Below, piece by piece: positions 8,968 to 17,728 of a stretch of 33,788 nt of DNA. Origin of the DNA: a virus (lineage: Duplodnaviria; Heunggongvirae; Uroviricota; Caudoviricetes); the IMG/VR virus record IMGVR_UViG_3300028374_000006; one strand, 5' to 3'. How positions within the stretch are numbered: the stretch's first letter is position 1; each line of letters starts with the position of its first letter. The notes beneath the pieces are model-generated. The model saw only the letters and a program-made list of their open reading frames with translations, did no database searches and had not been told where the DNA came from. The translations under genes were made by a program, and so were the position numbers.

Positions 8968-9249
8968 ATGACAAATTTGAAGCTAGCAAAACTCGTAGCG
9001 TTTCGTGCCTTTGGCCGCCGCTTGTCTTACAAGGCGTCCGGTGACGTTGAAAAGATGATGGGTGAAATCCTTGGCGAAGAACTCGGCATTGACGATGCCC
9101 CTAAAGAGTTTTTCACGAAAGCCAAAGAGAATCTCAAAAAGGCCCTTGACGAAGCGGGCCTTGATCTCGACATGGATGATACGGACGTGTATCCTTACCT
9201 CCGTAGGAATGTTCTGGAAACAGCCGATGATATGGATATGATAAAGTGA
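8968..9249 (+). CDS. Small acidic protein with divergent class B leader
   Basis: GGAG SD. MTNLKLAKLVAFRAFGRRLSY-KAS, then an acidic helical domain. Confidence 0.7.
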   Translation: MTNLKLAKLVAFRAFGRRLSYKASGDVEKMMGEILGEELGIDDAPKEFFTKAKENLKKALDEAGLDLDMDDTDVYPYLRRNVLETADDMDMIK

Positions 9250-9839
9250 TCATCCAACGAGGATTGGTGGGCCGTGCCTCTTGGATTCCGGGCACTTACG
9301 CCACCGACATAATGATTGCCGCGTATTCGGCATATTTACAGGGTAGCAATATCCATACGGATCAACGAGTCATTTACGAATACGAAAATGTACTCCATGT
9401 TTCGTTTGGAAGACAGCGCGGGCACACCACTTCAATCGTCAGGTTCCTTCGGGACATACGACCTGATTTGGACCATGCCGTAATTGCGGGAAACCGTAGT
9501 ATGTTGGATGAGTTTCAGCGCAATTACCCTAACGGTGGTGGGACTTATCTCACTGTGTCGTCACTTGGTTTTTTACGTGGGCGGCTAGCACCGGATGTGA
9601 TTTTTTTAGATCTAGGTTTCCGTCAATTTGCGGATAGCATGGGCCAACTGTTACAGACGATTTCACCTTATACCGCACATGGCACTAAGATCATTTCGGT
9701 TATGAGCGACGGGTTGGATACCGAAAAATGGGTACATCCCGTTGATATAGAGATCGAAGCGAACGCTGAACTACTGTCGTCACTCAAATGCGTGGACTAT
9801 GACATTGCGAGATCACAACTCAAAACTTCTGGGCAGTGA
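9246..9839 (+). CDS. Hypothetical protein with degenerate P-loop ATPase-like motifs
   Basis: GRQRGHTT (Walker A-like) and FLRGRLAPDVIFLDL (Walker B-like). GTGA overlap with the upstream gene. Confidence 0.5.
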   Translation: MIIQRGLVGRASWIPGTYATDIMIAAYSAYLQGSNIHTDQRVIYEYENVLHVSFGRQRGHTTSIVRFLRDIRPDLDHAVIAGNRSMLDEFQRNYPNGGGTYLTVSSLGFLRGRLAPDVIFLDLGFRQFADSMGQLLQTISPYTAHGTKIISVMSDGLDTEKWVHPVDIEIEANAELLSSLKCVDYDIARSQLKTSGQ

Positions 9840-10035
9840 ACGGCTCGAACGTGTTGCTGCCGAAGACGGTGTGCGGCTAAAGGTTCGGGTGAGTTCCAAA
9901 GTTAAGGGACCATTGTATCGCATTTTCATCAACCAGCAGGAGGCCCATGCGAAATGTGTGGGCACGGTTCGGGAGCGTACCGCTGCCCGTAACCGTTGGG
10001 CGTCTAAAGCCATCTTAAAGACCTATGGCCGGTAA
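9799..10035 (+). CDS. Small basic hypothetical protein
   Basis: 78-aa ORF filling the gap and overlapping both neighbours. Confidence 0.45.
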   Translation: MTLRDHNSKLLGSERLERVAAEDGVRLKVRVSSKVKGPLYRIFINQQEAHAKCVGTVRERTAARNRWASKAILKTYGR

Positions 10036-10531
10036 ATACAGACTCAGAGGCGTATACGGTAAACCCCTCGTCAAAGGGACACCCCTCAAAGACGATGAGG
10101 ACCGTTCCGATTTGCTTGAAGAGACGGGCAAGGAGGCGATCAAAGCGGTCCAGAAAGAGATCCGGCGCACGTCTTTCAAAGGGCAGCCCAAGGATCTTCT
10201 GGATTCGTTCAGTTATCGGGTCGAAGGCAAAAGTACCTTGGTACTGGAGTCCGACCACCCGGCTGCAAAGTATCTCGACAAAGGGGTCAAAGCGCACCAG
10301 ATGACTTATTTGTCGAAATCGGATAAGCCGATCCCTATCCTCACGGATGAGGGCGACGTGATTTTCCGTAGTGCCACACCGAAATCCATGCAAGAGGGCA
10401 AATGGCAGCACCCCGGAATCAAGGGAAAGAATTTCATTGAGCGGGGCGTAGAAAAGGCCCGTGAAAAGGTCAAGGAACGTATTGCCCAGAGCATTAAAGA
10501 TCGCATCAAGAGCCGGTTGCAAGGCAAGTAA
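10025..10531 (+). CDS. HK97 gp10-like / virion morphogenesis protein
   Basis: Basic 168-aa protein with AKYLDKG and C-terminal HPGIKGKNFIERGVEKA, typical of HK97-gp10-like tail-completion proteins. Confidence 0.6.
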   Translation: MAGKYRLRGVYGKPLVKGTPLKDDEDRSDLLEETGKEAIKAVQKEIRRTSFKGQPKDLLDSFSYRVEGKSTLVLESDHPAAKYLDKGVKAHQMTYLSKSDKPIPILTDEGDVIFRSATPKSMQEGKWQHPGIKGKNFIERGVEKAREKVKERIAQSIKDRIKSRLQGK

Positions 10532-10543
10532 CAGAGGTGTTGA

Positions 10544-11242
10544 GTGGAAAAGTTTCTCGTCATAGAAGGGCGCGTCCTCGGGGGACATACAATCCAAGAT
10601 TTGGGGTTGGATGTGGCGTACCAGAAGGAAGAGGTCCTCAACTACGAGCGTGCCAACTGGAGCCGTGATCTTAACCATGCCCTCCAACAGGGTTTGGTAG
10701 TCAAGAAGAAGGTAATCAGCGGGCATGACCTTAATACGGCTTCGCCTGTACCTAAAAAGTCTAAACCTCGGTCGAAGCCCGTCCAAAAACACACGACACC
10801 CGCACCTGCACCTCCGCCTTCCACTACTACCAAGAAGGTTTCCGCCACTGACGATAAAAAGTCCGACTCCAAGTCGGAAAAGATGCTTGAGCAAACCCTC
10901 GAAGAGAACGCAAAGCTGCGGGGCAATCTTGAAAAGCTCATGCAACAGCAACAGCTTATGATGGAAAAGTTTTCCGAGTACATGGAACGCCCCATCAAGA
11001 TCGAAGGTGTACCCTCCACAGGCACAGCGCCCGTACCGACTTCGGATAGTGGTGTTGTGGATGACACTCCTACGTTCATCCCGTCGAAAATTCGGTCGGG
11101 AAAAGCCAAAACCTCTTCGGCGGTCGAAATTCAGTCCGAAGCCAAAGAGGGTAGTGACCAATTAAATAAAGCCGCCGAAGCACTCAAAGCGCTCCGGGGG
11201 TCTAAGAAAGGTAAGAAGAAACAGGAGGATAGCGATGATTGA
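10544..11242 (+). CDS. Hypothetical protein (globular N-terminus, P/T/K-rich linker, coiled coil)
   Basis: GTG start with GAGGT SD. Low-complexity linker APAPPPSTTT. Overlaps the next start. Confidence 0.7.
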   Translation: MEKFLVIEGRVLGGHTIQDLGLDVAYQKEEVLNYERANWSRDLNHALQQGLVVKKKVISGHDLNTASPVPKKSKPRSKPVQKHTTPAPAPPPSTTTKKVSATDDKKSDSKSEKMLEQTLEENAKLRGNLEKLMQQQQLMMEKFSEYMERPIKIEGVPSTGTAPVPTSDSGVVDDTPTFIPSKIRSGKAKTSSAVEIQSEAKEGSDQLNKAAEALKALRGSKKGKKKQEDSDD

Positions 11243-12668
11243 TCTATCTAAAAAGGTCGCACGACGCTACCTCCTATCTCTAGCCTCGGGACGTAATCGT
11301 ACCGCATCGAATGTTATGGAACAGGCTTTCAACCAATATGATGATTTGGTAGAAGCTATGACCGATGCACCTGACCTGATGGGGGATATTATCGAATCCC
11401 TCGTTAACATGGGTGATTTAACGTTCCGTGATGGGTCGTTCTTTTACCGGGAACAGACCCGTTTAGCTTCGAGACGTACCGTGATTTCCGAACAAGCACA
11501 TGAACAGTCGATCGCCCTGATGCGGTTTCTATCCAAAGTCGCCAAGCGGCTAGGGGTTGGGGAACACGTATATGTAGTAGGCGGTGCTGTGCGCAATTTC
11601 ATCATCGACCGGCCCATCAAAGATATCGACGTCGTGATAGATTCGGTAGCGCTTGGGGGAAAGGACTCGGCATGGTTCGCCAAGAAGTTACAGGGGGCGA
11701 TTCCGGCTAAGACCAGCCTCCAGACGAATCAGTACGGCGTAGCTATCCTGTCCGTCAATGAATCGTGGGTAGTGGACGGCGCGGACCTCCAAGGCGAAGT
11801 TATCGAAATCGCCAATGCCCGCAAAGAGTCCTACGGCGGTGACGAGGGGAAAGGATACAAGCCACACATGGTAGAGCCTTCGACTATCGAAGAGGATATC
11901 AAACGGCGTGAGTTCACGTTCAATACGTTGCTGTGGCAGCTCTCAGAGCTTGCTCACGGGCCGGATAAGGCAGAGATTATTGACCTCACGGGTTGTGGCG
12001 TGGATGACCTTCAAGAAGGCGTTATGAAGTGTCCTAGCGACCCGGACAAGACATTTTCGGATGACCCCACCCGGATGTTGCGGGCGGTGAAGTTCTTGGT
12101 CAAGTACGGCTTCAAGATTGATCCACCTGTCGCCAAGGCTATTCGTCGAAACGCTGATAAGCTCAAGAAGGCCCCGCAAAATGCCATTAGCGAGATCCTC
12201 GTCAATGACATTTTACAGATGAGCCAGTCGAAGACCACCCTGAAAGTGCTCAAGAATCTGGGCCTGCTCGATGTGGTCAAAGAGATGCTCGAAAGCAATA
12301 AGCCTTTCCGTAAAACCCTTGTGAATTGGGCGGGTCGGGATGCGAAGGTCCTGTTCCTTTTCGACATGATGGATATCGGCCTCCCGTTGAACACACGGCT
12401 TCGTTTCCTAGACGACGCTCAGATGGCCCGGTTGCGCACGGTTGCCCTAGAGATGGAAGCACGGGAGGCGGACAAGTTCGTTGACCTCCTGAAACAGCCG
12501 GGCCGCCAGATGGATACCCAAGCGTTGATTGGTGAATTTGACCTCCAAGGCCGGGAAATCCGCAACCTCATGGAAGTGGCTCGCGACGTTTTGCTTCGGC
12601 AGCCGGGCCTGCGGAAAAGCCCTCGGAACCTTACCGAAGCAGTCAAGGTTCTGTATCGCAAGCGGTGA
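11235..12668 (+). CDS. CCA-adding/poly(A) polymerase family (class II) nucleotidyltransferase with N-terminal extension carrying a class B leader
   Basis: VYVVGGAVRN...KDIDVV (motif A), EIANARKESY plus flexible loop, RREFTFN (motif B, RRD variant), DDPTRMLRAVKF (motif D). About 95 extra N-terminal residues begin KKVARRYL...RTA. Confidence 0.9.
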   Translation: MIDLSKKVARRYLLSLASGRNRTASNVMEQAFNQYDDLVEAMTDAPDLMGDIIESLVNMGDLTFRDGSFFYREQTRLASRRTVISEQAHEQSIALMRFLSKVAKRLGVGEHVYVVGGAVRNFIIDRPIKDIDVVIDSVALGGKDSAWFAKKLQGAIPAKTSLQTNQYGVAILSVNESWVVDGADLQGEVIEIANARKESYGGDEGKGYKPHMVEPSTIEEDIKRREFTFNTLLWQLSELAHGPDKAEIIDLTGCGVDDLQEGVMKCPSDPDKTFSDDPTRMLRAVKFLVKYGFKIDPPVAKAIRRNADKLKKAPQNAISEILVNDILQMSQSKTTLKVLKNLGLLDVVKEMLESNKPFRKTLVNWAGRDAKVLFLFDMMDIGLPLNTRLRFLDDAQMARLRTVALEMEAREADKFVDLLKQPGRQMDTQALIGEFDLQGREIRNLMEVARDVLLRQPGLRKSPRNLTEAVKVLYRKR

Positions 12669-12682
12669 GAATCTACTTATAT
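12669..12682 (+). promoter_or_regulatory. Candidate phage late-promoter motif (GAATCTACTTATAT)
   Basis: Intergenic. Belongs to the recurrent T(T/G)ATAT set. Confidence 0.35.
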
Positions 12683-12736
12683 GCTCCGTTTACTGTGACG
12701 CCTATCTGTACCTAAATCATATACGGAGCTGCGCCG

Positions 12737-13108
12737 ATGGCAGACCTTAAAGATCAACTCATTCGCCTCGGGTCCACCAACCCGGAACTTCGCCCACATA
12801 TCCGTCCGGTTTTGGCCGAACTACAGCGAACATCCAAACTCAATCTGATGCGGGATATCGTGGATCTCCGGGCTTTTGGGAAGCTCAGATCACAGGCTCG
12901 TAAGGGTGGGGATGAACAGACGGCGGATATGCTCAAAGACATTTTTAAGCATTTTTCCGATCGGCTTCAGTTGGACGGTGGCGAAGAGAAAGCGTTCAAC
13001 AGGCTCAACAATATGCTGGGACGCCCGCCTAGCGATGCGAACATGTTGCGCAATCAGGTAGCTAAGATTGCGGACCTTCTAGGTATCAAGACCCCGGTCA
13101 ACTTTTAA
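12737..13108 (+). CDS. Small helical protein with class A leader
   Basis: GGAG SD. MADLKDQLIRLGSTNPELRPHIRPVLAELQ-RTS. Confidence 0.8.
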   Translation: MADLKDQLIRLGSTNPELRPHIRPVLAELQRTSKLNLMRDIVDLRAFGKLRSQARKGGDEQTADMLKDIFKHFSDRLQLDGGEEKAFNRLNNMLGRPPSDANMLRNQVAKIADLLGIKTPVNF

Positions 13109-13114
13109 CCAATC

Positions 13115-15388
13115 ATGGCAAAGCGCATAGACATACCACGTGACGACCTTCGATATCACCTCGAAGCCGGTTTGTCGTATGCTGATATTGCCGACAAGTA
13201 TGGGTGCAGCGCATCCACGATTAGTAAACGGGCAAAGGAGTACGGTTTGGATAAACCTTTGGAGTCAAGTGAAAATCGGAGTGACGATATGAGTGAAGAT
13301 AAAAAGCCAGAGATGGGTATCGGGTTGGACATTGGTACGATGAACCTTGTGTCCGCTCGTAAGATCGGTACGTCGGTTGAGACGAAACGTGTGCGTGATG
13401 CTTTCCTTGACCTCGATATCGACGCCAAGAAGATGCTCAAGCTGTCGGGTGTTAGTTTCATCGAATATGATGATCGCATTCTGATTTTGGGCGACCCCGC
13501 AATCGAAACAGCCAACCTGTTTAAGCGGGAAGCTCGGCGTCCCTTGTCACAGGGTCTGATTTCCTCTTCGGAAATTGATGCGCTCGAAGTCCTGTCGATT
13601 TTGATCGAACAGGTGGTAGGCAAGCCCCAAGAGGAGGGTGAAGTTTGCTACTATTCGATCCCTGCAGCCCCTCTGGATATGCCGGGTCAAGACGTCGTGT
13701 ACCACGAGGCTGTGTTCGCAAAGATCCTCGACGAGCTAGGATACGACCCTATTTCGGGCAACGAGGCGATGGCGATCATTTATTCGGAATGCGCTAGCGA
13801 CAATTTTAGCGGAATCGGCATTAGCTTCGGTTCCGGGATGGTCAACTGCGCCCTTTCGTACATGACCATGCCGATCATGGAGTTTTCGTTGGCCCGATGC
13901 CTGTCTAAAGATTTCCCGATTGATACGCCTTCTGGTATGAAACCAGTTTCGGGAATCCGACCCGGTGACTTGGTATTAGGTCAGGACGGAGCATATACCG
14001 AAGTCCTAGAAGTATTTAACAACGGGCATCGTGAAGAACTTTATCAACTCCAACTAGAAGGTCTGCCCTTTGCACCGGTTGATGTTACAGGTGATCACAA
14101 AATTAGTGTTCGCCGTGGCGCTCAGTGGGAGTGGGTAGCAGCACAGGATGCTCGGGAGGGGGACATCGTAGGGGTACCTCGTATCCCCTACCGTGGGAAC
14201 CACAGCTCGTACTATTTTTGCCGGGAAGATGGTCAAAATGTCACGGTTACGAAGTCTCGCAACTTGGGTAGATTTTTGGGGATGTTCTTAGGGGATGGCA
14301 GCACCTGTCTTTATAAGAACGGACAGGGCAATTCTGGGGGTCGAGTTCGTTTGGCGTTTAACCGGAAGGATGCACAACTGGTCCAGAAATACCAAGATGT
14401 TATTAACGACCTCTTTGGTCGGTTTCCATCTGTGGTGTCTAGGACTGAGGTTGAAATGGATCTTATCAACCTTGAATACCATAAGATTGCAGACCATCTC
14501 AAGAGTAAATGTTATAATGGGGTGGGGGATAAGATCCTCCCGCTTCCTGTACACGAAATTCCCGATCAGATGGCAGTAGGGGTACTAGAGGGTCTATTAG
14601 ATAGTGACGGGTCACGGACGGAAAAAGGTTTCGAGTTTTATAACACGTCTGAGACTCTTGTCCGCAGCATGAGTCACCTTCTGAATAGATTTGGCATCTG
14701 GCATACAATCGAGAAACGAGATCCAAGGCAAGGTGGTGTAAACTCAAGAGGAGTTCAGATCGAGGGCCGTAAGGATTCTTACACAGTTCGTATCAGAGAT
14801 GCGGTAGCGGTTTCCGTGTTGGGAGCCCTTATTTCCAAGGAGGGCAACTCTTTGCGGTACCCCTCTGGGCATTTTGCGGAAAGGAAAGTGCTTTCCGTTG
14901 AGACTATCCCCTATGACGATGATGTGTATGATATTTCCATTGGAGAATCCCATCATGCTTTCGCGACGTGGGGTGCTGTCGTACACAACTGCGGCGACTG
15001 GATTGACCAGAACGCTTCGAAGGCTGTGGGTTCGACCGCTTCCCGCCTCTGTTCCATCAAAGAGAAAGGGATAGACCTCACGAACCCTCAAAGCCGCGAA
15101 GAGGAAGCGCTGGTTGTCTATTACAAGTCACTGATCAAATACGCCCTCGACAATATCGGCAAGCAGTTCAAGAACACACAGAATGACACGGAACTCAAAG
15201 AAGCTATCCCCATCATCGTGTCCGGGGGAACATCGTTGGCCGGTGGATTCCTCGACTTGTTCAAGGAAGTATTCGAAAAACAGCGCAAGCGTTTTCCAAT
15301 TGAGATCAGTGAAATTCGACAAGCCGACGACCCCATGACCTCCGTGGCTCAGGGACTGTTGGTCCAATCCATGCAAGAATATGTTTAA
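13115..15388 (+). CDS. Actin-like ATPase (MreB/ParM/FtsA superfamily) precursor with intein and possible N-terminal HTH
   Basis: Phosphate-1 GIGLDIGTMN, connect-1 GNEAMAII, phosphate-2 GISFGSG, adenosine IIVSGGTS and connect-2 DPMTSVAQGL. Residues 1-48 look like an HTH. There is an alternative ATG at 13289 with a GGAG SD. Confidence 0.85.
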   Translation: MAKRIDIPRDDLRYHLEAGLSYADIADKYGCSASTISKRAKEYGLDKPLESSENRSDDMSEDKKPEMGIGLDIGTMNLVSARKIGTSVETKRVRDAFLDLDIDAKKMLKLSGVSFIEYDDRILILGDPAIETANLFKREARRPLSQGLISSSEIDALEVLSILIEQVVGKPQEEGEVCYYSIPAAPLDMPGQDVVYHEAVFAKILDELGYDPISGNEAMAIIYSECASDNFSGIGISFGSGMVNCALSYMTMPIMEFSLARCLSKDFPIDTPSGMKPVSGIRPGDLVLGQDGAYTEVLEVFNNGHREELYQLQLEGLPFAPVDVTGDHKISVRRGAQWEWVAAQDAREGDIVGVPRIPYRGNHSSYYFCREDGQNVTVTKSRNLGRFLGMFLGDGSTCLYKNGQGNSGGRVRLAFNRKDAQLVQKYQDVINDLFGRFPSVVSRTEVEMDLINLEYHKIADHLKSKCYNGVGDKILPLPVHEIPDQMAVGVLEGLLDSDGSRTEKGFEFYNTSETLVRSMSHLLNRFGIWHTIEKRDPRQGGVNSRGVQIEGRKDSYTVRIRDAVAVSVLGALISKEGNSLRYPSGHFAERKVLSVETIPYDDDVYDISIGESHHAFATWGAVVHNCGDWIDQNASKAVGSTASRLCSIKEKGIDLTNPQSREEEALVVYYKSLIKYALDNIGKQFKNTQNDTELKEAIPIIVSGGTSLAGGFLDLFKEVFEKQRKRFPIEISEIRQADDPMTSVAQGLLVQSMQEYV
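13898..14989 (+). mobile_element. Intein (364 aa) with LAGLIDADG homing endonuclease
   Basis: Starts CLSKDFPIDTPSG and ends VVHN followed by Cys+1. Internal FLGMFLGDGS and VLEGLLDSDGS motifs. Removing it rejoins FSLAR-CGDWID. Confidence 0.93.
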
Positions 15389-15418
15389 TTAATCCCTCTA
15401 ACCGTGTGAGAGTATCTT

Positions 15419-15844
15419 ATGACCGACCTTAAAGACCAGTTGATCAAGTTGGGGAACAAGAAAAAGGGGCTTCGCACACACCTCCAACCTATCCTCAAGG
15501 CACTGGAAAGTAATACCCGTGAAGCCTACCGATCAGGGCCGTGGGGCAAGTGGTCGCAAGTCCGGGAAATGCTCGGTGCCACAGAAGCTCTCAGCAATTT
15601 GATGGGATACGTGGGGGACCGTGAAAGTCGTGAGCAGTTCGAACAAATCGCCCGTATGTGGGATCTTCCCGTAGAGGTCGAGTCTCGTGATCGGGCGGGT
15701 ACTCTTTTGCGCAAATTTGAACGCCATTTCCGGGACACCGATAAATTGGCTGACGAGTTCGCACAGGGCCTTGACAAGCGCCTCCTTGAGAAAGCGGTGG
15801 AAGATATCATCCAGATGTACGATCTCCATGATTTCGTAGCTTAA
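15419..15844 (+). CDS. Small protein with class A leader and two internal helical repeats
   Basis: MTDLKDQLIKLGNKKKGLRTHLQPILKAL...REA. The repeats end IARMWDL and IIQMYDL. Confidence 0.75.
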   Translation: MTDLKDQLIKLGNKKKGLRTHLQPILKALESNTREAYRSGPWGKWSQVREMLGATEALSNLMGYVGDRESREQFEQIARMWDLPVEVESRDRAGTLLRKFERHFRDTDKLADEFAQGLDKRLLEKAVEDIIQMYDLHDFVA

Positions 15845-15894
15845 AGCGAATTCGTGGGGGCAGTTAATGGACACCCTAATATTGCCGATGTGCT

Positions 15895-17691
15895 ATGTAT
15901 CACTATCTATCACGTGCCGTGAAAAAGCGTCTTATGGAGACGCTCAGGTTTTGCTTCGATGCAAACCCACGGCATCGGGATGTTGTCAAGCACATTCGGG
16001 AAAAGTATGAGTTTTCAGAGCGTCCCCAGAAGGGGATCGTTCTACAGAGCGCCAGCGCCAACCCCATGTCACTGGCCGCCGACAATTACATCGGCACGAT
16101 GTATTCGTACATCATGTTGGCTAAAGTAGACGACCACCGGGGTACCGCCCTTGAATGGGTACGTGAGGACACTGCCGCCGTCGAAGAGTATGGTGGTAAT
16201 TTCCCCTCCGAGCCGGGCGTCTATTATGTCCAGATCGAAGACATTACCCCAACGGGTGATGTACCTGAATTTCAGTTTTGGGTGGACCCCCTCCTTTCGG
16301 TTCTAGAGGAACCGATCATTGAGTTTCAAACCGGAACCGAGACGTCGGCTATCCTAGCGTATGCTCCGGTGCTGGAGGGTAGCGTCCGCCTCTATGCTTA
16401 CCCCGACCATTTGCTCCACACAGGGAAAGCCCTACGCCTTACAGCGGCCCAATCGCTGTACATCGGCGGCGGAAACACGAACATCCTTTTCGGGTTCGAC
16501 GAAGGCTATGTGCCAGTGTCGGTTAAGGGATCGAATACACAGCCCTACACGATTATCAGCGGTTCCAACGACGTCTTTGCTTTCGAGATCAACGGCATGT
16601 CTGTCTCCGTAACACTGACGGCGGGCAACTTTGGGGCAGCCGATGTGGCGGATGAAATCGAAGCGGCTATCGTAGCTACGGGTTTGGACGGGACGCTCTA
16701 TTCGGTAGACGTCGTTTCAAATGCGGTTGAGATCACGGCCTCCCAGAGTTTGCGCATCGAGGATGATGCAACCAGCACAGCCAACCCAACGCTTGGTTTT
16801 ACCTCCGGGTATGTAGCACCGGAAGTAACGGGCCTCATGGTTCAGCCCCATGTGCCGAAGGGTTCCACCATTCGTCTGGAAGTGGATGGTACGGCTATCG
16901 AATACGATCTGAGGGAAGGCACACGCCCCGTTGAAGATATTGCCTTAGAGCTTGAGAACGGGTTCGCTGTGACTTCGCTTGCAGTGGGTACGGAAGACGC
17001 AGGGGATTACACTCTTGACGCTTCCACTGGCGAAATAACTTTCCTTCGTTCCTTTACGCCGGGAACACAGGTCATTGCGGACTATCGTTATCCCGTTGCT
17101 TCTCGGGGGCCTTATTATATTGGTGGCGGGGAGGTTTCGAATAATGAAGCGATCCCCGGCGTCGTTTTGGCTTTCGGAAAAGAGCTAGAGGGCGGTGATG
17201 CGATGGCCGTCGTTGTCGAAGAGAAACGTTCGGATGTGGCGGATGTGTATGGGGGCAAGATCGATATGTCGATTGATTTCGATATCATTGCTCGTGATTC
17301 AATGACGCGGGGCGAGTTGGCTGATCTTGTAGTTATGTACCTCTGGCAATGGCGACGTGAACGGTTGGCCGAAGAGGGCCTCATCCTGAACAGTGTGTCG
17401 TTTGGTGGCGAGTCCGAAGAGCCTTATGACGATACGGGTGACGACTATTACTACCTCGCCAATATCTCACTTTCCCTTATGACCGATTGGGAGATTTACA
17501 TAGCGAAGCCGCTCTTTATTAAGAGAATCACTCCAGAATCCTTTGATCAAGATGCAAGAGGGGCCGTAGCTGACGATGGGATCCTTCTTGAAAGGCCCGA
17601 TAACATGGACTCACGTGGGGAAAACAACCTCAACGGGTTCGGTTTGGTATACGTGGTAGATTCCAAGGGTGATTTAGAGAAGATCCGCTAA
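15895..17691 (+). CDS. Putative tail terminator/completion protein with large inserted beta domains
   Basis: C-terminal IDMSIDFDIIARD...LADLVVMYL...YYYLANISLSL pattern and a position upstream of the sheath. The central insert resembles sheath insert domains. Confidence 0.55.
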   Translation: MYHYLSRAVKKRLMETLRFCFDANPRHRDVVKHIREKYEFSERPQKGIVLQSASANPMSLAADNYIGTMYSYIMLAKVDDHRGTALEWVREDTAAVEEYGGNFPSEPGVYYVQIEDITPTGDVPEFQFWVDPLLSVLEEPIIEFQTGTETSAILAYAPVLEGSVRLYAYPDHLLHTGKALRLTAAQSLYIGGGNTNILFGFDEGYVPVSVKGSNTQPYTIISGSNDVFAFEINGMSVSVTLTAGNFGAADVADEIEAAIVATGLDGTLYSVDVVSNAVEITASQSLRIEDDATSTANPTLGFTSGYVAPEVTGLMVQPHVPKGSTIRLEVDGTAIEYDLREGTRPVEDIALELENGFAVTSLAVGTEDAGDYTLDASTGEITFLRSFTPGTQVIADYRYPVASRGPYYIGGGEVSNNEAIPGVVLAFGKELEGGDAMAVVVEEKRSDVADVYGGKIDMSIDFDIIARDSMTRGELADLVVMYLWQWRRERLAEEGLILNSVSFGGESEEPYDDTGDDYYYLANISLSLMTDWEIYIAKPLFIKRITPESFDQDARGAVADDGILLERPDNMDSRGENNLNGFGLVYVVDSKGDLEKIR

Positions 17692-17702
17692 AGTGTTTAT
17701 AT
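17689..17702 (+). promoter_or_regulatory. Candidate phage late-promoter motif (TAAAGTGTTTATAT)
   Basis: Near-identical to the motif at 2436 (12/14 positions). Confidence 0.35.
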
Positions 17703-17728
17703 ACCGTATCGGTTAGTAGAGGGTCCTT

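Noticed and set aside
10004-11161. 385-aa minus-strand ORF
   Set aside because: It is the antisense shadow of two well-formed plus-strand genes. It has no motif or SD and its composition is atypical.
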